Source: Candidatus Latescibacterota bacterium (GTDB taxonomy: Bacteria; Latescibacterota; UBA2968; GCA-2709665). Taken from it: DNA of 64,000 bases. The stretch spans positions 2,688,001 through 2,752,000 of the forward strand of contig CBDDDZ010000005.1 in the NCBI GenBank assembly GCA_965226795.1, given 5' to 3'. The position numbers were made by a program, and so were the translations under genes. The notes beneath the pieces are model-generated. The model did not search any database and was not told the origin of the DNA. It saw nothing but the letters and a program-made list of their open reading frames with translations. Shown piece by piece: positions 61,490 through 64,000 of this stretch (position 1 is its first letter; each line of letters opens with the position of its first letter).

Positions 61490-61518
61490 TTGACAGATTC
61501 CAGGGGCGCAATTACTTT
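61490..61518 (+). promoter_or_regulatory. Putative promoter TTGACA-17-TACTTT
   Basis: Read directly, upstream of the metallophosphoesterase. Confidence 0.55.
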
Positions 61519-61780
61519 GGTTGGTCACAGGAGCATTTCGCCGCGACCAGAACCCGATTCTTGCGTGTGTGCCCACCCTATTCAGGCCGCCCGGTGATGG
61601 ATATCCCCCTGTTATACGCCTGGAACCCCTACAGACTCCGGAACCGCATGACGCGCGACCAATTTATAAACCGTTACACTCGCAACGATGGGCAGCCGAG
61701 AAAGGCCGACAATTGCCCATCGTAACCGCGTGAGTACTGCCGCACCAGAGCCGGGACGCGGCCTTAAGGAAAGTGTAAAA

Positions 61781-63166
61781 ATGAATCTGAAGCAGGTCGC
61801 CGCCCACATCGATAAACCGTTCACGTTTGCCGTGGTGGGCGACACGCACTTTCTGCATCCAAAGTTCGGTCGAGAAACAGGTGAGCCCAGCGGTTCGTTT
61901 CGACCCTTGCAGGTTAATCAGTACCTCGAGAGCGTTCGCTATGTTATTATGCCGATGATGGCTTCGCTAAGGGAAGTATCGCCTTCTTTTTTGGTCATCA
62001 CCGGAGACCTGGTGGAGGGGCACCAGGACGTCGAACTCGCCATTGATGAGATTAAGGAAGGACTGGAATTTTTCGATGGGTATGGGATCCCGCTGCTGTT
62101 CGCATGTGGAAACAGAGACCGGGTCGAGGCGTTCGACGGCGTTGTTCGACCATATCTTGCCCGTTGGCTCGGCAGCACGCCCCGAGAGCGGTTTTTCTTT
62201 CTGGATGTTGCCGGTTGCCGGCTGATTTTCGTCGACACGCCCACGTGGAAACGGCGGGGCGCACAACGGAAGTGGCTGGAACTCACGTTAATGGGCCGGG
62301 AGGCTGCGGGAATCGAACGTACGTTTCTGTTTGGGCACCATCCGGTCTGGCCGATGGCAAGGGCCTTTTTTACCAACATCGATTTTCATCTCGATATGCC
62401 GGAAATATTGCGGGAACATCCCGTAGATGCCTTTTTTTGCGGGCATACCCACAACCAGAGCGTGTTGCTTCACCGTACGGATGGTCGACCCGTTCTGCAA
62501 TGCATGTGTGCTTCCATTGGCCTTTCCAATGAGATGCCAACGCCGCTGGATCGTGTGCAAAACCTGTTACCGTATCCCCAGGACGTGCTTACCTGTTGGC
62601 CGGGCTATCTTGAGAATACGGCGCCCGGATGGTTTATTGTCCATGTCGGCCGGAATTCGGTTGAAGCGGCATGGCATCATTTGAACAGAGGCGTGGAGAC
62701 CCGACTTGCCTGGCATCGACCCGGGGATCTTTCGGCCTTCGAGAAAATGGAACACCCCCCCGATGCACGTTTGATCTATGACGACATGAACCATATTCGT
62801 CGTGCTTCGTTGCGGTTCTGCGGATGGCATGCTTTGCGCCCGGATAAGCAGGTTTTCCTGAATGGCGAGTTGGTCGGCAACCTGCCTCCCGCAAACGACT
62901 ATGCGCCGGTCCGGATGGAGTTGCCCGCGAGCTGCCTTGAACATCTGGCCATGGAGAATCGGATCGAGATCCGGGTTCCCCGAAACGAGGCATGTACGCT
63001 GGGCAATTTCGTGCTCGAAGCGGTCTTACCCGGCGGACGATTTGTGCGAACCCGGCCTACTGGCGAGATTTTTACCTGGTCCGACCGGTGGGGCGCGTGG
63101 CATTCGACGTGGTTGCTGAAAATGAACCCTGGACGGTCCGCCACGACACTGTTGTGTTTTCAATGA
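61781..63166 (+). CDS. Calcineurin-like metallophosphoesterase with C-terminal beta-sandwich domain
   Basis: GDTH, TGDLVEG, GNRD, GHHP, GHTH. Start ATG 61781. Confidence 0.88.
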   Translation: MNLKQVAAHIDKPFTFAVVGDTHFLHPKFGRETGEPSGSFRPLQVNQYLESVRYVIMPMMASLREVSPSFLVITGDLVEGHQDVELAIDEIKEGLEFFDGYGIPLLFACGNRDRVEAFDGVVRPYLARWLGSTPRERFFFLDVAGCRLIFVDTPTWKRRGAQRKWLELTLMGREAAGIERTFLFGHHPVWPMARAFFTNIDFHLDMPEILREHPVDAFFCGHTHNQSVLLHRTDGRPVLQCMCASIGLSNEMPTPLDRVQNLLPYPQDVLTCWPGYLENTAPGWFIVHVGRNSVEAAWHHLNRGVETRLAWHRPGDLSAFEKMEHPPDARLIYDDMNHIRRASLRFCGWHALRPDKQVFLNGELVGNLPPANDYAPVRMELPASCLEHLAMENRIEIRVPRNEACTLGNFVLEAVLPGGRFVRTRPTGEIFTWSDRWGAWHSTWLLKMNPGRSATTLLCFQ

Positions 63167-63381
63167 ATCCGGCCACTTCCTGCCTTCACCAGGCTTGGAG
63201 GGGTCAACAAGCCGTCGCCAGCCGGCTGAATCACCGTTCGGGTCTAACGTCCATCGTGCGCAACTCTAAGGGTTGCCCATCGTGACTCACTCACCCGCTG
63301 CAGGCAGAACACGTCGGTCCGCACGGTAACTCAGCCAGGAATTCAATCAGCAACAATACGACTAAACCTTTGGGAATTTAG

Positions 63382-64000
63382 ATGAAAAAACCGCCGTTCA
63401 CAAATCGGTTGTTTCACGAAACGAGCCCCTATCTGTTACAACACGCGCATAACCCGGTGGACTGGTATCCGTGGGGTGACGAAGCTTTTGAACAGGCGAA
63501 AAAAGCGGACCGCCCCATTTTCTTAAGTGTCGGTTATTCGGCCTGTCACTGGTGCCATGTGATGGAAAGGGAGTCGTTTGAGAATGAGGCCACTGCCGCC
63601 TCGATGAATCAACTCTTCGTAAACGTAAAGGTAGACCGCGAAGAACGTCCGGATATAGACGAAATCTATATGAATGCGGTTCAGATGATGACCGGCGCCG
63701 GAGGGTGGCCGATGAGCGTGTTTCTCACGCCCGATCGGACACCGTTCTACGGCGGCACCTATTTTCCCCCCGACAACAGATATGGCCGACCTGGATTTCC
63801 CGAGGTGCTGCGCTCCGTGGCCAGGCATTACCGCGAGAACAGGGACAAGGTGGGCGAGGCGGCTGAACGGCTGATGGCCGGTTTGAAACGGCTGACCGAC
63901 CTGCGAAACCTGGACGGTGAGTTATCCGAGGTGATGTTTTCTGACGGATATGCGCAAATCGCCCGCAATTTCGATTCGGAAAATGGAGGTTTCGGATCCC
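63382..64000 (+). CDS. yyaL: Thioredoxin-domain protein YyaL/SSP411 family, runs off the right edge
   Basis: My translation reads [25 protein letters not shown]...[16 protein letters not shown]...KVDREERPD...GGWP. Confidence 0.95.
   Translation, partial: MKKPPFTNRLFHETSPYLLQHAHNPVDWYPWGDEAFEQAKKADRPIFLSVGYSACHWCHVMERESFENEATAASMNQLFVNVKVDREERPDIDEIYMNAVQMMTGAGGWPMSVFLTPDRTPFYGGTYFPPDNRYGRPGFPEVLRSVARHYRENRDKVGEAAERLMAGLKRLTDLRNLDGELSEVMFSDGYAQIARNFDSENGGFGS

Overview
GC-rich bacterial chromosomal segment with about 43 protein-coding genes. I could not support any rRNA, tRNA, CRISPR array, IS element or prophage. The gene content (two PorV/PorQ-like barrels, a T9SS-type C-terminal sorting domain, two GWxTD proteins, a dockerin-like EF-hand pair, OPT-like membrane proteins, PhyH, Gfo and sulfatase enzymes) suggests a diderm non-Bacteroidetes FCB-group organism such as Latescibacterota; this is inference. 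Layout: (1) 1-14.4 kb is a catabolic block (amidohydrolase, deacetylase, two Fe/2OG dioxygenases, heparinase II/III-like lyase, AKR, Gfo, Zn-ADH, CocE, sulfatase) with two gene remnants. (2) 14.4-30 kb holds secreted NHL, FGE and GWxTD proteins, aminotransferases, an OPT-like transporter and a doubly frameshifted gamma-glutamyltransferase. (3) 30.5-38 kb is an operon of OM barrel, TonB-dependent transporter, CTD cargo and PorV, with a possible attenuated leader. (4) 38-45 kb has sucD, rpiA, an HTH-MBL fusion and a zincin-propeller-Omp85 protein around an apparent GC-skew switch at about 40.2 kb. (5) 45-53 kb is an envelope operon (coiled-coil lipoprotein, L,D-transpeptidase, dead LDT paralog, PorV, era, flippase). 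(6) 53.8-64 kb has a giant pseudo-M28-peptidase/FtsX-permease fusion plus an OPT-like transporter, a metallophosphoesterase and a partial YyaL. The best candidates for undescribed systems are the TBDT-CTD-PorV(-GWxTD) module, the pseudo-M28-FtsX/OPT pair and the lipoprotein-LDT-pseudoLDT trio. All family calls come from motif recognition by eye, not database searches.
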